A stretch of DNA of 26,074 bases from Tubiluchus corallicola (Eukaryota > Animalia > Priapulida), in assembly GCA_030141605.1 (NCBI GenBank), contig JAQGDQ010001771.1, positions 1 to 26,074 of the forward strand, read 5' to 3'. This document shows, one piece after another, positions 23,843 through 26,074 of the stretch (position 1 is the stretch's first letter; each line of letters starts with the position of its first letter). The notes under the pieces are model-generated. The model was given only the letters and a program-made list of their open reading frames with translations, was not told the origin of the DNA and did no database searches. The position numbers and the translations under genes were made by a program.

Positions 23843-24699
23843 TTAGCTGCTTAGCGCTGGAAACAATGCTTAGAGAAATAAAATTTCTCTGTTGCCTCTT
23901 CAGCACTTACCATATAGACCATCTTTTTCCTCTCGAGGGAAATCTAAAATCTGGTCTCAACTACCTATAATGTTCATTTAGGAAACCATACCAGTATTTA
24001 AACATAACCTAGCTACATTGTAAGATTACTTGCATGTTAATTGGCAAAACAGGTAGATTTTGTACACAATTCCTTAAATAAGGCCTGTATAAGCCGACGA
24101 GAGCCATCTTGTTGGACACCATCAATGCAGTGCCCTTATTGGGTAATTGTCAATTGGCTTCATATCTAGCCAACTCATTGTGCAAAGTTTCATGCTCTTA
24201 AACCAATGCGAGCAAATCAATCATCTTGTGCAACATTTGAAATAATCTTAGCTGGCATCTTGAAATGCACTAATATTACGGTGGTATTTAAGCACCAGAT
24301 AATGGATTCATTTAGCTTGAAAATGCATATTTTAACATCAAGATATTATCCTCTATGCACTAAAAGCGAAGATATAACCCTTCTAAGCTAGAATCTGCCA
24401 TTTTGTCGGCCAACTCGAAAATTGTGACCATATTGGACGAATTTTGTTGAGTCCATAATCAAAATTAATCACTTTAATTGATTCTAGCACTCTTCAAGGT
24501 TTCGTACTGTTGAGTCAAAATGGGCATTTTTTACAGTTCTGGTAGACCAAATGGCCGTTTCTTTAGTATAATGGTGACCATCTTTTTTGACGTCATAATT
24601 AAGCCATTTGCAGTGCCATAATTTGGATATTGTATTCAAATACTAAAAGAAGGACCAGTGGACCAAATACTAAAAGAAAACACCATAAGTAGTTTTCTT

Positions 24700-25620
24700 G
24701 CAAATTTTTAGAGTAAGCCAAAAAACTGCTTTACTACAAGGGCACAGATTTTTGATTGGAACTTCTTCTTACACATAGATTGACATCCTATGAGAGATTT
24801 CAGGCAACTGCTTAGGAATAGTGCTACTCTAAAACTAGAGAAAAAATAATCAGAATTAATATAGCTCTTACTTATAACAATATAACTCCTTTTTCTAAGC
24901 CGAGTGATGAGTTCTCACTTCGAAATATGAAATGTTTCTTTCATTGAAAGAGCAGTTTTGCAACTTTTGTAATTGCTAACAATAAAATTATTACCCTAGA
25001 GCTACCCTGAGTGGCTTGTGGTAAGTATAATTCACTATTGGTACTTTGATGCTTGCATATGGGAAAATCAACTATTGCTGCCAATAAAACTATTATAGCA
25101 GTTATGGCATGTAACTTAAAAACTTCGTTGGTCTTAGAAAGACGATTTTGAGCCTCTGTTTTGAGAACATTCGAAAGAAGTTCGAAAGCAATAAATAAAC
25201 TCAAGTTATTAATAACATGGTTCTAACACTCGCACCATGCAGATTATAGAATTGATGCTATTGACTCTTTTGCTTCTGATATATGATAACCAAATGAATC
25301 ATGTTTGTTGCAAAACTGACTTTAAAAAGTGACATCCGAAATATTCAAGCTAGAATTCAGTTTGACACACACTATAGCTTCATCCATGTTGCAACAAAGG
25401 AGAATCTCATTATATATCATATATCAACAACAATAGCATCAGTGTTATTTTGCATGGTACAGGTATTGTTTTTGTGAGTACAAAGATTTTCTTTTGTTTC
25501 TCGATATATTGTGAACAGGCGGCTAAAAGATTGGCCAAACAAAATTTTGGTGTAATAAAAAATTGTAAGAAAACTTTTTGTGATATTTTCATGTAGTAGA
25601 TGATCAAAAGAATAACACAT
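24700..25620 (-). pseudogene. Highly decayed transposase-like middle region, copy 2
   Basis: Remnants in the expected order across frames: FCLANL, LAACSQYIEK, SVRTML, PICKHQS...PQA, RKRSYI, SMCKKKFQ..LCP. Similarity judged from memory only. Confidence 0.35.
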
Positions 25621-26074
25621 CCGAATTATGTCGAAATTTGAGCTCAACAAGTTGCCTAATTATGACGTCAAAAAGTAAGGGTATGTAAAAGATGGATGTT
25701 GAAAATGAATGGGAATGTAGTCACTAGAATGTGGAAAAATGCTCTCTTTGCTTTAAAAGCATTGAACGTTTGTTTGCACAGTGCTAAATTTCGTTAAGGT
25801 GAGCAATTTTAATATGGAGCCATTCGAAATTCGCCCAATATGACAGCTGTTTTCGAGATGGCTAACAATATGCTAGCTTATAAAGGTCTACACCTTAGCT
25901 ATTGGAGCATACAGGATAAGGATTTTGGTGTCTAAATATAGGAATCAAAGTCATGAATCCATATCTGAAGCTCAGATGCCTCTACGATTACATCTAATTT
26001 CAAAATAGCTGCAAGTGTTGCACAAAATGATGGAATTGCTTGCTTAACCTTGAAAGCATGAAATTTTGCACAAT

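Larger units (their letters stand above)
17685..26074. mobile_element. Foldback-like array of decayed DNA-transposon sequence (AcademX-like)
   Basis: Six related arms: A 17685-18460(+), B 19236-20192(-), C 21356-22290(+), D 22350-23162(-), E 23843-24610(-), G 25648-end(+). They carry AA(A/G)ATGGC and GACGTCATAAT motifs and are interleaved with transposase-like relics. The repeat structure is certain; the family name is from recalled motifs. Confidence 0.65.

Noticed and set aside
17959-24391. Similar short ORFs recurring in the arms (e.g. 17959-18153, 19456-19662, 21827-22087, 22722-22931) as a small-peptide gene family
   Set aside because: The similarity follows from DNA duplication; frames, starts and stops are not preserved between copies.

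Overview
AT-rich, repeat-dense eukaryotic (probably invertebrate animal) DNA. I recognise no intact host gene, RNA gene or CRISPR array. The window is stacked mobile DNA: (i) a candidate MITE and a candidate lone LTR (1.5-2.6 kb); (ii) a (TG)n microsatellite abutting a decayed minus-strand BEL/Pao LTR retrotransposon (4543-11224; Gag-PR-RT-RNaseH-IN) whose 3' LTR carries a nested 416-bp TG..CA insert with a 5-bp TSD; (iii) an inverted pair of 53-bp tandem arrays (11.2-11.6 and 15.0-15.4 kb) bracketing CR1/L2-group LINE fragments; (iv) a ~9-kb foldback-like array (16.6-26.07 kb) of six copies of a ~0.8-0.9 kb arm in both orientations, interleaved with relics resembling AcademX transposase and including a 290/290-bp perfect inverted repeat. 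The most intriguing signal is in the BEL/Pao element. Where a tRNA primer-binding site should be, there is instead a perfect 15-nt complement of its own LTR, the geometry of Tf1/sushi-type self-priming. A repair scar is a real alternative. All alignments were done by eye, and family assignments come from remembered motifs, not searches.
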